Shown piece by piece: positions 1 through 10,001 of a DNA stretch of 64,000 nucleotides; the stretch's first letter is position 1, and the number at the start of each line of letters is the position of its first letter. Origin of the DNA: Bdellovibrionales bacterium (lineage in GTDB: Bacteria > Bdellovibrionota > Bdellovibrionia > Bdellovibrionales > JAMPXM01); NCBI GenBank assembly GCA_016713885.1, contig JADJOF010000013.1, positions 2,223 to 66,222 on the forward strand. The letters are read 5' to 3'. The notes under the pieces are model-generated. The model worked only from the letters and a program-made list of their open reading frames with translations. It searched no databases and was not told the origin of the DNA. The position numbers and the translations under genes were made by a program.

Positions 1-4
1 AGGG

Positions 5-805
5 TTGCGTCTTTGGAACGGCGATCAGACGACGGGTGGTGGTTTTACGAATAGTGCGCGCGTGCGAGAGCTCGAGGTCAAGACAGGCGCTGTTGGATCG
101 ACATTTACTCTTGAGGATCTGCGGTCAGAGCAGAGTCTATTGCTACCGCAGTCGGGTTTGACGACGACGCTGTCGCTTGTTGCTCGGTCGGCGTATCCAG
201 GAGTCGGTCAAAAAATTCCAGTGCTGGCCGAGCTGCAGTTGTTGGCGGGCGGCGAGGCCTGGCTTCCGTTTGATCAAAAGGCATCTGCAAAAGCAGATCA
301 GGATCGAATGGCGCCTGTGAATGAGCGCGGCTGGATTGACATTTTTGACCGTGAACTTGTCAAAGATGACGCAGACAACTCGAGCGAGATCTGGCGTTTT
401 CGGTTTCGAAGCGACGGAACTTTCTTTGCGCGTATTTTCGCTGATCGCGCCCGTGTGGCTCGATCTTGGTCGGTACTTGGACGATGGGAGCTCGTTGCCG
501 ATAGCGCGGCCAGCGCCGGTGCTATTCGCGGCAAACGCGCTCTGGTTATGCGTTTGAGCGGATCCCGATTTGTCGGCGCAGAGAACTGGGACTCTCTCCC
601 ATGTGGATCCACGTGTTTTAAAGATGGTGATTCACGAGGTCCAGCAAGCCGTGTTGTTAATCCAAATGAGTTGCCGATTTCTGAGATCATTGAAATTCAA
701 CGAGGCGCAAAGGCGCAACTATACATTCGCAGCCGTGATCGAGATGAAAAACCAGGTCTCGACTTCTCCGATTTGAAAGTCCGAATTCAGTCGCTGTACC
801 ATTGA
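5..805 (+). CDS. hypothetical protein, C-terminal part (gene starts upstream of window)
   Basis: Frame is open from the window edge to TGA 803-805. No motif I can name. Confidence 0.45.
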   Translation: MRLWNGDQTTGGGFTNSARVRELEVKTGAVGSTFTLEDLRSEQSLLLPQSGLTTTLSLVARSAYPGVGQKIPVLAELQLLAGGEAWLPFDQKASAKADQDRMAPVNERGWIDIFDRELVKDDADNSSEIWRFRFRSDGTFFARIFADRARVARSWSVLGRWELVADSAASAGAIRGKRALVMRLSGSRFVGAENWDSLPCGSTCFKDGDSRGPASRVVNPNELPISEIIEIQRGAKAQLYIRSRDRDEKPGLDFSDLKVRIQSLYH

Positions 806-837
806 CGAACGTAACGTAACTCTAACACAATTAAGAG

Positions 838-2163
838 ATGAATCAGTCCTGGGACCCAGTCTATCGCCGGGTACGTAGTCAAACGTCCCTTGTTGCGACG
901 CTTTCACTTTTTTGTGGAATGGTCGCGATTGGTTTTGCGGCGTGCGTTCAGGACAAATCGGCGTCTGCCGATGCTGGCCGGTCCCCCTCGTCAGACCTTC
1001 CTCGGGTTGAAGAGCTATCGGCATTGCTCACCAAAGAAGACATTATGCGCGGTGTAGGTGAGGAAGTTTCTCGCAATCGCTTTCCAGGGCAGGCGCGTTT
1101 TGAGGTCGGGTCGATTCCAGTCACAGCTCGCCTTGAATATGGAATTCAGGCTGAAGAGCAAGCCTACATGGAGAAACTGCTGTCTCAATATCGACCAGAT
1201 TACGGCGCGTTCGTCGCGGTCGATGCCAAGACCGGTCGTGTGATCACGATGGTGAGTCGTGTGCAGGGGCGTGAAACTCTTGAAAACTTGACCCTGAAGG
1301 CGACTTTTCCGGCGGCTTCTATTTTTAAAATCGTTACAGCTGGCGCGGTGCTCGATACCAACAAAGTATCGCCAGAAACACGGATTGCCTTCAATGGCGC
1401 CAATCACACGCTCTATCGCCGCAATGTCGTTGAGACCAAAGAGAATCGTTGGACGCGTCGTATGACATTGCGTGAAGCATTTGGTTCATCGGTGAATACG
1501 ATTTTTGGAAAGCTTGGTTTGTTTTACGCAGGTCCCGAGATTCTGCGTTCCTATGCGGAGCGATTTCATTTCAACCAACCGATTCGCGCCGACTTCCCCG
1601 TACAGATGGGATACACCCGGTTTACCGCTCAGGATCCATGGTCCGTTGCGAGTGCTGCATCGGGATTCACACTCGACAACACGATGTCGCCGCTGCAGGG
1701 TGCGATGATTGCGGCCGCCGTTGCGAATGACGGCGTAATGATGGAGCCGTATATCGTGGACCGGATGTTCGATGAGCAAGGGCGAGCGATGTACACGGCG
1801 GTTCCGCGCCGGTCGCATATTGTCGTTGGACCAGAGACGGCCAAGAGCCTTCGCGAACTTTTTGAACAGACGGTAATGGCAGGGACTTCGCGCAAATCGT
1901 TTCGGCAGGCCGTTCACAAGCGTCGCTTCGAAGACGTTGAGTTTGGCGGAAAGACCGGGTCGCTCACGGGGCTCAACCCCAAAGGCAAGTGTGATTGGTT
2001 TGTCGGTTATGCTCGATTTGGTGATCAAAGAATCGCCGTTGCTGCGCTAACCGTGAATGAGGCGAAATGGCGCGTGAAGTCCTCGAACCTGGCGCAGATG
2101 TACCTCACGCAGTACATACGGAGTGTTGGCAAGTTCGACACTTCTTCTGAACCCAAGCGCTGA
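838..2163 (+). CDS. penicillin-binding protein, transpeptidase domain
   Basis: 441-aa ORF with an N-terminal TM segment. Carries SxxK (ASIFK), SxN (SSVN) and KTG (GKTGS) motifs in the canonical order. Confidence 0.85.
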   Translation: MNQSWDPVYRRVRSQTSLVATLSLFCGMVAIGFAACVQDKSASADAGRSPSSDLPRVEELSALLTKEDIMRGVGEEVSRNRFPGQARFEVGSIPVTARLEYGIQAEEQAYMEKLLSQYRPDYGAFVAVDAKTGRVITMVSRVQGRETLENLTLKATFPAASIFKIVTAGAVLDTNKVSPETRIAFNGANHTLYRRNVVETKENRWTRRMTLREAFGSSVNTIFGKLGLFYAGPEILRSYAERFHFNQPIRADFPVQMGYTRFTAQDPWSVASAASGFTLDNTMSPLQGAMIAAAVANDGVMMEPYIVDRMFDEQGRAMYTAVPRRSHIVVGPETAKSLRELFEQTVMAGTSRKSFRQAVHKRRFEDVEFGGKTGSLTGLNPKGKCDWFVGYARFGDQRIAVAALTVNEAKWRVKSSNLAQMYLTQYIRSVGKFDTSSEPKR

Positions 2164-2193
2164 TTCAATCTGAGAATCTCGAGTCAATTCGTA

Positions 2194-2226
2194 TGCTTCA
2201 GAGCGAATTTGTCTCGCTCTGAAGCA
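2194..2226 (+). terminator. hairpin downstream of the PBP gene
   Basis: Perfect 13-bp stem TGCTTCAGAGCGA/TCGCTCTGAAGCA with a 7-nt loop, 31 nt after the stop. Only a weak T tract (CTTT) follows. Confidence 0.4.
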
Positions 2227-2272
2227 CTTTGAAATCTCACACTTTCTGATTCTCAAGCGAATGCGCTGAATT

Positions 2273-2291
2273 CTCGATATCGCATATCGAG
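2273..2291 (+). promoter_or_regulatory. small hairpin overlapping the Shine-Dalgarno of the GYF-PilZ gene
   Basis: CTCGATAT-cgc-ATATCGAG, an 8-bp perfect stem. Its 3' arm covers GAG of the GAGG SD at 2289-2292, 7 nt before ATG 2300. Confidence 0.25.
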
Positions 2292-2299
2292 GTGTGTTT

Positions 2300-3133
2300 A
2301 TGAGCGCAAAACTTCATCCCGTGTCGCGAAATGGAGAAACACTCGGGCCGTGGTCTGTGGAACAGATCGCCGAGCAGCTCGCCAGCGGTGGCGTTGCGAT
2401 CACGGATTTTGTTTGGGACTCTGCCGAGTGGGTTCCGTTGATGGAATTCGCCGAGCTGAAAGCGCACCTACAGTCAAAGCGCCCGAAGGCGCCACCACAG
2501 ACTGTGGTTGAGCCGACGGCGACACCATCCATAGCGACGGCTCCCTCGATGAAGCCTGAAGATGCGTTGATTTGGTATGTGAGCCGCGGTCAGCAGAAGT
2601 TCGGACCATTTAACTACTTTGGTGTGCTGAAGGCCCTTCAGGACAAATCGGTTTTTGAATTCGACTATGTCTGGAAAGAGGGAACGGAGAATTGGGTTCG
2701 TCTTGCTGAACATGAGTTGTTCTCGCAAGAGAAAGTTCGTGAGCTTTTGGCTGACGCGACCCCAACACTGGCTGCGATCTTCGCGAAGCGACAGCATGAG
2801 CGATTCAAAATTCAGACAGAAGTGTTGGTCAACGACAACATGACGATGAGCCCAGGGCAATTGGTTGAAATCGGCGCCGGCGGTGCAGGCCTGATTGTCA
2901 AAAATGCGAAGCTCATGCCCGGTCAGCTCGTAAACATTCACATCGCTTCAACTGATGGGCTGCCGGCATTCAATGCCATTGGTGAGATTGTGTCTAAGAA
3001 ATTTGAACGGGCGGTTCGCAATACGCGAGCTCCAATTCAATACGGTATTCGGTATGTGAAAGTGGATCGAGTCGTCGAACAACGAGTGAAGGACTACTGC
3101 CAGTCTCTGCGCTCGGCTCGACAGACGGCTTAA
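2300..3133 (+). CDS. GYF_2-GYF_2-PilZ domain protein
   Basis: Two GYF_2-like segments (GETLGPWSVEQIAEQL..VWDSAEWVPL and QKFGPFNYFGVLKAL..VWKEGTENWVRL). C-terminal PilZ-like region has RxxxR (RQHER) but a degenerate DxSxxG (EIGAGG). ATG 2300 has a GAGG SD; the ORF track starts at GTG 2294. Confidence 0.75.
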   Translation: MSAKLHPVSRNGETLGPWSVEQIAEQLASGGVAITDFVWDSAEWVPLMEFAELKAHLQSKRPKAPPQTVVEPTATPSIATAPSMKPEDALIWYVSRGQQKFGPFNYFGVLKALQDKSVFEFDYVWKEGTENWVRLAEHELFSQEKVRELLADATPTLAAIFAKRQHERFKIQTEVLVNDNMTMSPGQLVEIGAGGAGLIVKNAKLMPGQLVNIHIASTDGLPAFNAIGEIVSKKFERAVRNTRAPIQYGIRYVKVDRVVEQRVKDYCQSLRSARQTA

Positions 3134-3173
3134 CGAGAAAACAAAGAAAACGAAACAGGTTTTAGGGGGAAAA

Positions 3174-3881
3174 ATGGACGCACTAATGAAATTTATGGTC
3201 GATAACTTTCTTATCGACGTCGCAATAGGAATGATGGGCTTGTTCGGTATTGGTCTGATCTTTGAGCGAGTGAAGTCACTGTATTTTGACTATTCGATGA
3301 AGACGGAAGAGTTTATGGCGAAAGTCAGCAAGCTCGTTGAAGACGACAAAATTGAAGAGGCGATCACCTACTGTGCCGCCAACGAGAAAAAACCTTTGGC
3401 GGCCGTTGTAAAACGGGTGCTTGAAAGAGCAGACCGTGACGACTCGGCAATCGAGCACTCGCTTGATATCGCGGCAAGCGAAGTTGCTCCCAAGCTGACA
3501 AAGAACCTCACCTACCTTTCGATGGTTTCAAACGTCGTAACATTGATTGGTCTTTTTGGTACAGTCGTCGGTCTGATCATGTCGTTCAAAGCGGTGAGCT
3601 TTGCCGACCCTTCGCAAAAGCAGTCGCTTTTGGCCGATGGTATCTCGCTTGCGATGCACGCAACAGCCGCAGGTCTTTTGGTCGCAATTCCAGTGATGGT
3701 GTTTTACTCGTTCCTGCATTCAAAGCAGGGAAGGCTTTTTAACGAGATCGACCAGCACTCCAACAAATTTATTGAGCTGTTGCGTTCACGTGACTTCAAC
3801 CATTTTGGTGTGGCGTACCCGGTAGCGGTCGGCGGCGATAAGATGCCGAAAACGAAGACTGCGCAAATCAAGACTGTTTAA
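3174..3881 (+). CDS. MotA/TolQ/ExbB family proton channel (AglR-like)
   Basis: 235 aa. Contains the typical segment LIGLFGTVVGLIMSF..LAMHATAAGLLVAIPVMVFYSFL. Confidence 0.9.
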   Translation: MDALMKFMVDNFLIDVAIGMMGLFGIGLIFERVKSLYFDYSMKTEEFMAKVSKLVEDDKIEEAITYCAANEKKPLAAVVKRVLERADRDDSAIEHSLDIAASEVAPKLTKNLTYLSMVSNVVTLIGLFGTVVGLIMSFKAVSFADPSQKQSLLADGISLAMHATAAGLLVAIPVMVFYSFLHSKQGRLFNEIDQHSNKFIELLRSRDFNHFGVAYPVAVGGDKMPKTKTAQIKTV

Positions 3882-3915
3882 GCACTGAGTTCTGGGTCGC
3901 TAAAGAGAGGTTGCC

Positions 3916-4458
3916 ATGAGAGCCTTAAAATCAAGAATCGATGACTCAACATTCGAGCTGAACCTCGCGCCGATGCTCGATATTATCGTGTCGATCATCC
4001 CGATGTTGCTACTGAGTGTTGTGTTTACGCGGATCACCGTGATTGACACGCCGGTCCCCCAGGCGGTTGAGCAGGCGGTTGCTGCGGCCAATGAGAAGAA
4101 CAAGGACTTGATTCAGGTTCGTATGGCGGTCGCCAAGAATCGCAATGTGCAAATCACGATTGTCGATCACGGCCAGAGCAAAGACTACGAGGTCGCGGCC
4201 CTGAATGCGAAAACTGATCTTGACGGCTTGTACAAGCAAGTCTTGGCCATCAAGAAAGACTATCCCGATGTATTTCGCGTGGAATTGAATCCTGAGGAGT
4301 CTGTACCGCTCGAAGAGATTGTTGCGGTGATGGATTCGGTGAGAACAACAAAGAGCAGTGATAAAAAAGTCGTTTTCACTGACTCGACAACTGGGAAGCC
4401 AGTTGAAACGAATCTGCTTTTGCCAGACATCATCTTTGGCAACGTGGCGGGAGGCTAA
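3916..4458 (+). CDS. ExbD/TolR family protein (AglQ/S-like)
   Basis: N-terminal TM with the conserved Asp (LNLAPMLDIIVSIIPMLLL), followed by a periplasmic domain. Confidence 0.85.
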   Translation: MRALKSRIDDSTFELNLAPMLDIIVSIIPMLLLSVVFTRITVIDTPVPQAVEQAVAAANEKNKDLIQVRMAVAKNRNVQITIVDHGQSKDYEVAALNAKTDLDGLYKQVLAIKKDYPDVFRVELNPEESVPLEEIVAVMDSVRTTKSSDKKVVFTDSTTGKPVETNLLLPDIIFGNVAGG

Positions 4459-4460
4459 TT

Positions 4461-4985
4461 ATGGCACTCGGAAGACGCCGTGGAATGGGCAAGTATATCG
4501 ATAAACGTGTCGCATCGACGTTTAAGATTCAGATTACATCGATGGTGGACATGTTCGTTATCTTGCTCGTGTTTCTCTTAAAGAGTTATTCGACGAGCCC
4601 AGTGAATATCAATCCAAGCGATCAGTTGACGCTTCCGGCGTCAAGCTCGACCAAGGATCCGACTGAGGTTCTGAAGATGGTCGTTTCGAAAACGGGCATC
4701 TTTGTTGATGACAAGAAGGTCGTTGATTTGAAAGACGGCGCGCTGGCAACAGGTGACGTTGATTCAAATGATACACAGTTTATTCGCGCGCTCTACTCGG
4801 AGCTCGATGAACAGGTAAAGAAGAGTCGCACGATTGCAAGCCAGAACTCAGAACTCGAGTTTGACGGCAAAGTGATCATGCAGGCCGAGCGTTCGTTGCC
4901 GTACGATATTCTCCGCAAGGTGATGTACACGTCGATGATGGCTGGGTATTCGGATGTTAAAATCGCGGTTATGTTGAAGGAGTAG
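4461..4985 (+). CDS. ExbD/TolR family protein (second copy)
   Basis: IQITSMVDMFVILLVFLL TM segment with Asp. Starts 2 nt after the previous stop. Confidence 0.85.
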   Translation: MALGRRRGMGKYIDKRVASTFKIQITSMVDMFVILLVFLLKSYSTSPVNINPSDQLTLPASSSTKDPTEVLKMVVSKTGIFVDDKKVVDLKDGALATGDVDSNDTQFIRALYSELDEQVKKSRTIASQNSELEFDGKVIMQAERSLPYDILRKVMYTSMMAGYSDVKIAVMLKE

Positions 4986-4987
4986 CT

Positions 4988-6479
4988 ATGAGTCGTCCTG
5001 AGCTCTTTCTCGAGCATAAACGAGAGGGTCATACGCCGCGACACCTTAGGTTGACGGCAAAGCGGAAGACTTTTTCTGATCGGGTCTTCGAAAGAAGCGG
5101 ATCTGCGCATTGGCGGGGACTCGATTGACGGTTGTCATGCGGTTCTTCAATTCAAGAGTCCGCATTGGTATGTTCGCAGTCTTTCCCTTGATGGTGCGCC
5201 GGTGACTCTGAACGGTGAGCCGGTGGTGGAGGCTGTCGTCGATGGTACGGCGTCAATCGCTATTGGCGGCAACAAAATCGAGCTGTTTTCACGCGAAAGA
5301 ACGACACCGCTTTTCAATGAGACAACTGGCGAAACAACGGGAGCACTGTCGCTCCATCAGGTCGTCATTTCTCGAAAAGGAAAAGTTCTTGATACGCGCG
5401 TTCTTTCTGCGGGTGAAACATTTAAGTTCTTCGACGGTGACAAGACGATTGACCTGACATCGCCGACATCGCGCGATTGGAAAGAGACGACAATCGGGCA
5501 GAAAGTGATTCGTCAACGGCTTGTGTCGGCGCAGGAGCTTGTCGGCGGCGAAGGCTTGACGTTTGACCGCGACATGCGAAAGCCGTTGGCCTTGGCGTTG
5601 CTGCTGATGTTAACGGTGATCGGTTCAATTGTGATGATGCCAAAGGGTTCGAATAAGACAGAAGCCGTTTTGGATCAGAAGTCGATTGATATGATCTTCA
5701 ACGCCGACGCCATTAAGAAAAAGCGGACGGAGTCGAAGAAAGTGGTTCAATCGGCAAAAAGAAAGTCCGGGGGGACAGCGGATGCACCCGTTGCGAATAT
5801 TCCAGCGCCGATGCCTGAGCAATCGATGGCGCCGACACGTTCGGCAAAAGCCACGGCGGCAATGACGTCACTTCGCAATGCAGGTCTCTCCGCTCTTGTT
5901 GGCAAGATCGCAAAGCGCGCCAACACCAACGGCATCATGGTCGCTGCTCAGGGCGTATCGCCGGACGTAAAGGGCTCGGGCCGTGCCTTCTTTAGCAACG
6001 GTACAAGTACAACTGGCGGCGGCGGTGCAGCTGCAGTTGCCGGTGACAGCTATCGCTTGGGAGGTATTGCGACGCGCGGTAAAGGTGGCGGTGCAAGTGG
6101 TGTCCGCGATGGTACGGCTCTTTCGGGCGGCACTGTCGGCACGGGTGATGTGGCAATGGTCGACGAAGAGACCGTCATCGAAGGTGGACTTGATCGCGAC
6201 GTGATTGCCGATGTGATCAAACGAAATCTCGGTCAGATCCGTTACTGCTACGAGCGTCAGCTGAGTTCGAATCCTGAGTTGTACGGAAAGTTGCTCGTGA
6301 AGTTCGTGATCGATGCCGATGGTGGCGTGGTTCAGCCAAAGATCGACACTTCGACATTGAAGAGCGCCATGGTTGAAGGTTGTGTTCTGCGTCGTATGGC
6401 CGGTTGGAAGTTCCCACTGCCAAAAGGCGGAACTCAGGTTCGTGTTAGCTACCCATTCTTGTTTAAGGCCCTGGATTAA
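4988..6479 (+). pseudogene. FHA domain / TonB_C-like (AgmX/PglI-type) protein, one frameshift
   Basis: The frame from ATG 4988 (MSRPELFLEHKREGHTPRHLRLTAKRKT) stops at 5126-5128. The FHA continuation FLIGSSKEADLRIGGDSIDGCHAVLQF is in the frame of ORF 5202..6479, which is open from 5055. The switch fits the T5 run at 5071-5075. C-terminus reads GGLDRDVIADVIKRNLGQIRYCYERQL..VRVSYPFLF. Confidence 0.8.
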
Positions 6480-6543
6480 GTCGGGGCATTCTCTCAAGGC
6501 AGGAGCCTTGACTCTGCGGTCGGACTCCCATAGCGCATAGGCT

Positions 6544-7940
6544 ATGACGGAGTTTCGGCCGCAACTTATTTATTGGCAATTCGATCATGGTGGGCAGAAT
6601 GGTTTTGCCGACGTCGTATTGCCTGCCGCATTTCCACATATTAGGCCTCGATTTTGGAATGACCCGTGGGCTGCTCGCATGGGGACTCGAGTTGCTTTTC
6701 GGATGCGGACCGTGAAAAGCACTTTGCACGTTTTGAGCCTCTAAATGGAGCGCAGCCCAAGCCGCTGGCAATGCGCTACCACGGCCATCAGTTTCGGCAC
6801 TACAACGAAGATCTCGGCGACGGGCGCGGCTTTTTGTTTGCTCAGGCCGAGGATCCTATTGATCTGCGGCTGCTCGATTTTGGAACTAAGGGGAGTGGTC
6901 AAACTCCTTACTCACGTGCTGGCGATGGTCGATTGACATTGAAGGGCGCTTTTCGCGAGGCCCTTGCGACAGAGATGCTCGAATCTCTTGGCGTCAACAC
7001 CTCAAAGACATTTAGTTTTTCGAGACGGGTGAGCAGCTACAGCGAAATGACGAGCCCAGTCCGACGCGAGCAGCGGTTTTGACACGACTTTCACACGGAC
7101 ATATTCGGTTTGGAACTTTTGAGCGCCTGGCGCATCTGCGAGAGAGCGATCGTCTTCGACAGTTGGTGGCCTATTCGGTTCGAAATTATTTTCAGGCGCT
7201 TGATCCAGACAATGGTGTTTTGTTTTTTCGAGAGGTTCTTGAACGCACAGCTCGTCTGACAGCCCAGTGGATGATGGCTGGGTTTGTCCACGGCGTTCTC
7301 AACACGGACAACATGAATATCACCGGTGAGAGTTTTGATTACGGGCCGTGGCGTTTTTTGCCGACGTACAAGCCGGAGTTTACGGCAGCGTACTTTGATC
7401 ACGCCGGACTCTACGCCTATGGGCGACAGCCACAAGCCGTCTATTGGAACCTCGATCGCCTGGCACTTGCTCTTTCAACTGTCTTTGATGCGACCAGTTT
7501 GCGGGCAGAACTTGTGCGCTTTCCGGATCGCTTTCATCGCGAGGTTCTTGCCTGCTTTTTTGAGCGCATGGGGCTTGAACGACCGGCTGATCTTGGGCGG
7601 GCCGAGGATCTTTTTGTGGCGGGTATGCAGCTTTTAGCGACAACGCAAAAGCCTTTTGAAGATCTGTTTTTTGATTGGTATGCGGGACGATCGGAACGCG
7701 CGGCGCATTGGACTGCAGCCACTGAGTGGCAGCGCCTATTGGCGGCAATGACTCCTTGTGCCCAGTCGCTGGCGCGCGGTGCGGGTGGGTACTATCGCGG
7801 GGAAAGGGCTGAAACGGTGTTGATCGGAGAGGTTGAAAGGCGTTTGTCAGAGATCTACCGCAACGGCAATTGGCAGCCGTTTTACGACAAGGTTGCCCGT
7901 TTGCGCGAGAAAGGACAGGGGACATGGATTCGGAGCGTGA
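6544..7940 (+). pseudogene. selO: protein adenylyltransferase SelO (YdiU/UPF0061), 2-3 frameshifts
   Basis: Motifs AMRYHGHQFRHYNEDLGDGRGFLF, SHGHIRFGTFE and GFVHGVLNTDNMNITGESFDYGPWRFL lie across three frames. Switches fit the G4 run at 6681-6684 and the T5 run at 7016-7020. The 3' end is uncertain: as read, the frame runs on to 8089, but a G4 run at 7917-7920 could restore a stop at 7938-7940. Confidence 0.8.
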
Positions 7941-8661
7941 TCGATCTCAGGACGACTGGCCTCTGCCGGGTCGCGTTCTCGACCTCGAGGTCCTTTTTCA
8001 AGATGACGACATTGTGGTCATCAATAAACCCGCAGGGCTTCATGTGCATCAACCCGAAATGGCGCGGCGTCGTGTTCCGCGCGAGATGACGGTGCTTTGG
8101 ACTTTGCGTCGTCAGCTTGAGAAGTTTCTCTACCCCATTCATCGACTCGATGTTGGCACCGAGGGCGTTTTGGTCATGGCTTTTTCCGGCGAAGTTGCAG
8201 GACGGTATCAGCGTGAGCTGCAAGAGGGTAAGACAAAGAAAACGTATCGAGCTGTTTGCCGGGGTTGGTCTGCAGATGCCGGGCGAATTGAAATTCCGCT
8301 TGAGCGCGACTCCACCAATACCCTTTGTCGATGCGACGACGGAATTCCGCCGTTTGGGTAAAGTGGAAAAGCCCCACGCGGTTGGGAAGCGTTATCAAAC
8401 GGCGCGCTATAGTTTGGTTGAAGCGATTCCTTTGACGGGACGTTGGCATCAGATCCGGCGACATCTGGCACGGACGGCGCATCCGATTATTGGCGACCGG
8501 GAACACGGTGATTCACATCATAGTCGGTATTTTCGAGAAGAGCTGGGGCTACCCGGACTTTGGCTGAGGGCCGAGTCACTTTCGGTGATGGGACGGACGT
8601 CACCGCACCTGAGTCGAAACGATGGAAGCGGATGCTCGACGTTCTTGATTTTCACCCGTAG
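7924..8661 (+). pseudogene. RluA/TruC-family pseudouridine synthase, two compensating frameshifts
   Basis: Motifs DDDIVVINKPAGLHVH, HRLDVGTEGVLVMAF and GRWHQIRRHLARTAHPIIGDREHG. The first and last segments share a frame; the middle segment (about 8320-8580) is shifted. Stop is TAG 8659-8661. Confidence 0.8.
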
Positions 8662-8670
8662 ACTGAGTTC

Positions 8671-9079
8671 ATGGATGAAATCAATGACTACGACTGCGAC
8701 GGCTACCGACCCTTTCATCATGCGATTTTGGCCAATAGCATTCCGCGTGCACGCGATCTCATGCGACTTGGTGCGCTGATCAAGCGCCCACCGAGAGCGG
8801 TGACGGAGCCTGGTCTTGACTTGTCGTGCATTGAATGACGATGAGGCGGCCGAGTGGATTCCTGTTTTGCTTGAGTGGGGCGCTGAAATCATCGATCGCG
8901 ATCGCACGGGGCGCACGCCACTTCATCACGCCTGTGAGCGTGGACTTTTGAAAACGACAGCCGCGCTTTTGGCCGGTGGTGCTGATCCATTTTTCAAAGA
9001 TGGGTATGGGAAAAAACCAGCAGATTACGCGACATCAGAGGCCATGCGCTCGCTTTTCTCTAAGAAGACGGCGACTTGA
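8671..9079 (+). pseudogene. ankyrin-repeat protein, one frameshift
   Basis: GYRPFHHAILANSIPRARDLMRLGA and GRTPLHHACERGLLKTTAALLAGGADP repeats. The frame changes at about 8800-8820. Confidence 0.65.
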
Positions 9080-10001
9080 GCCGTCGGAACGATCGAAGCA
9101 TTGTTCGATAGGAATCGTAAAGCTGGTCGACTTGAGAGCCGTCGAGCGGAGTGACTTTGACGATGTAGAATGTCGAGTCCTTCTCATAGCGAGAACTGAC
9201 CTGCAGTAGGGCCTGTTTGCCTTTGCGATCACGAGTCAAGAGATTGCCCCATAGCCCGTTGTGGCCACCGTTGAACTCAAATGAATCGAGAGATAAACGG
9301 CCGATCTCAGCTGCGCTAGCGCTAAGGCCAAGGTGATCGGCAATTTTTTTTGCCAAGCCGCGAACATCGCGCTCCATGCGGCTGGGTTCGGTTGCCGATG
9401 GGCGTTCGATGATGAACAGGGTTTGACGCTCATCTTTGAAAGTATCGAGATTTTCCGTCGGTGCAACGGCGAGGTTGTTGGCAGTTCGCATGAGGGTTGG
9501 CGGTGACGAAATCGAATAGTGGGCAGATGGCATTGAAGATGGAGTCCGCGGCGGCGTTAGGTCAGCACTTGAAACAATGAGCTTTGCAATTTCGCGAGCG
9601 AGAGGGAGGCGAGCAGGATCGGCTGTCCACACATTGATGCCATAAAAATTTCGCCCGCCGTCGATCCAAATGCTGGCGGATGCCGCTCCGGGCTCGGTGT
9701 CATTTGCTGTGTCGAAGCGACAGAGCGAGTGCGCTGTTCCAAAGAATCCGCGGTGCCGCGATAGCGCCGTGCAGTTGGCGGTGCTCGGCACGGATTGGAA
9801 CCAATCAAGATTTGAAGCTGGGGCGCGACCTTCGGTCTCGAGGCGTTCGATAACGGCCAGCGGTTTTGGTTCAACGAGGCGGGAGCCATTGAAAAGGGCG
9901 AGTCGTTTGCTGAGTGAGCGTGCTCGTCTTTGAATTGTAACAGACCATTCGCCACCGATGGACTGACAAACAGATGCGAGCGTAGAGTCGGACTCATCCA
10001 T
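9060..10001 (-). CDS. hypothetical protein (313 aa), coupled to or fused with the upstream protease
   Basis: ATG 10001 overlaps the protease stop in ATGGATGA. The frame is also open upstream to 10154, so a frameshift fusion is possible. No signal peptide after MDESDS and no recognisable motif. Confidence 0.5.
   Translation of the reverse strand: MDESDSTLASVCQSIGGEWSVTIQRRARSLSKRLALFNGSRLVEPKPLAVIERLETEGRAPASNLDWFQSVPSTANCTALSRHRGFFGTAHSLCRFDTANDTEPGAASASIWIDGGRNFYGINVWTADPARLPLAREIAKLIVSSADLTPPRTPSSMPSAHYSISSPPTLMRTANNLAVAPTENLDTFKDERQTLFIIERPSATEPSRMERDVRGLAKKIADHLGLSASAAEIGRLSLDSFEFNGGHNGLWGNLLTRDRKGKQALLQVSSRYEKDSTFYIVKVTPLDGSQVDQLYDSYRTMLRSFRRLKSPSS

Noticed and set aside
5761-5775. GAAAGTCCGGGGGGAC resembles the RNase P RNA GGAAAGUCCGGGC motif.
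   Set aside because: It lies inside the well-supported FHA/TonB_C coding frame (KRKSGGTADA), with no surrounding RNase P-like structure.
5868-6497. Long antisense ORFs in GC-rich genes, for example 5868..6497, 7380..7925, 46756..47295, 48878..49453 and 49747..50337.
   Set aside because: These are shadow frames opposite genes with clear motif support. They are Arg/Pro/Ser-rich and lack starts with an SD.
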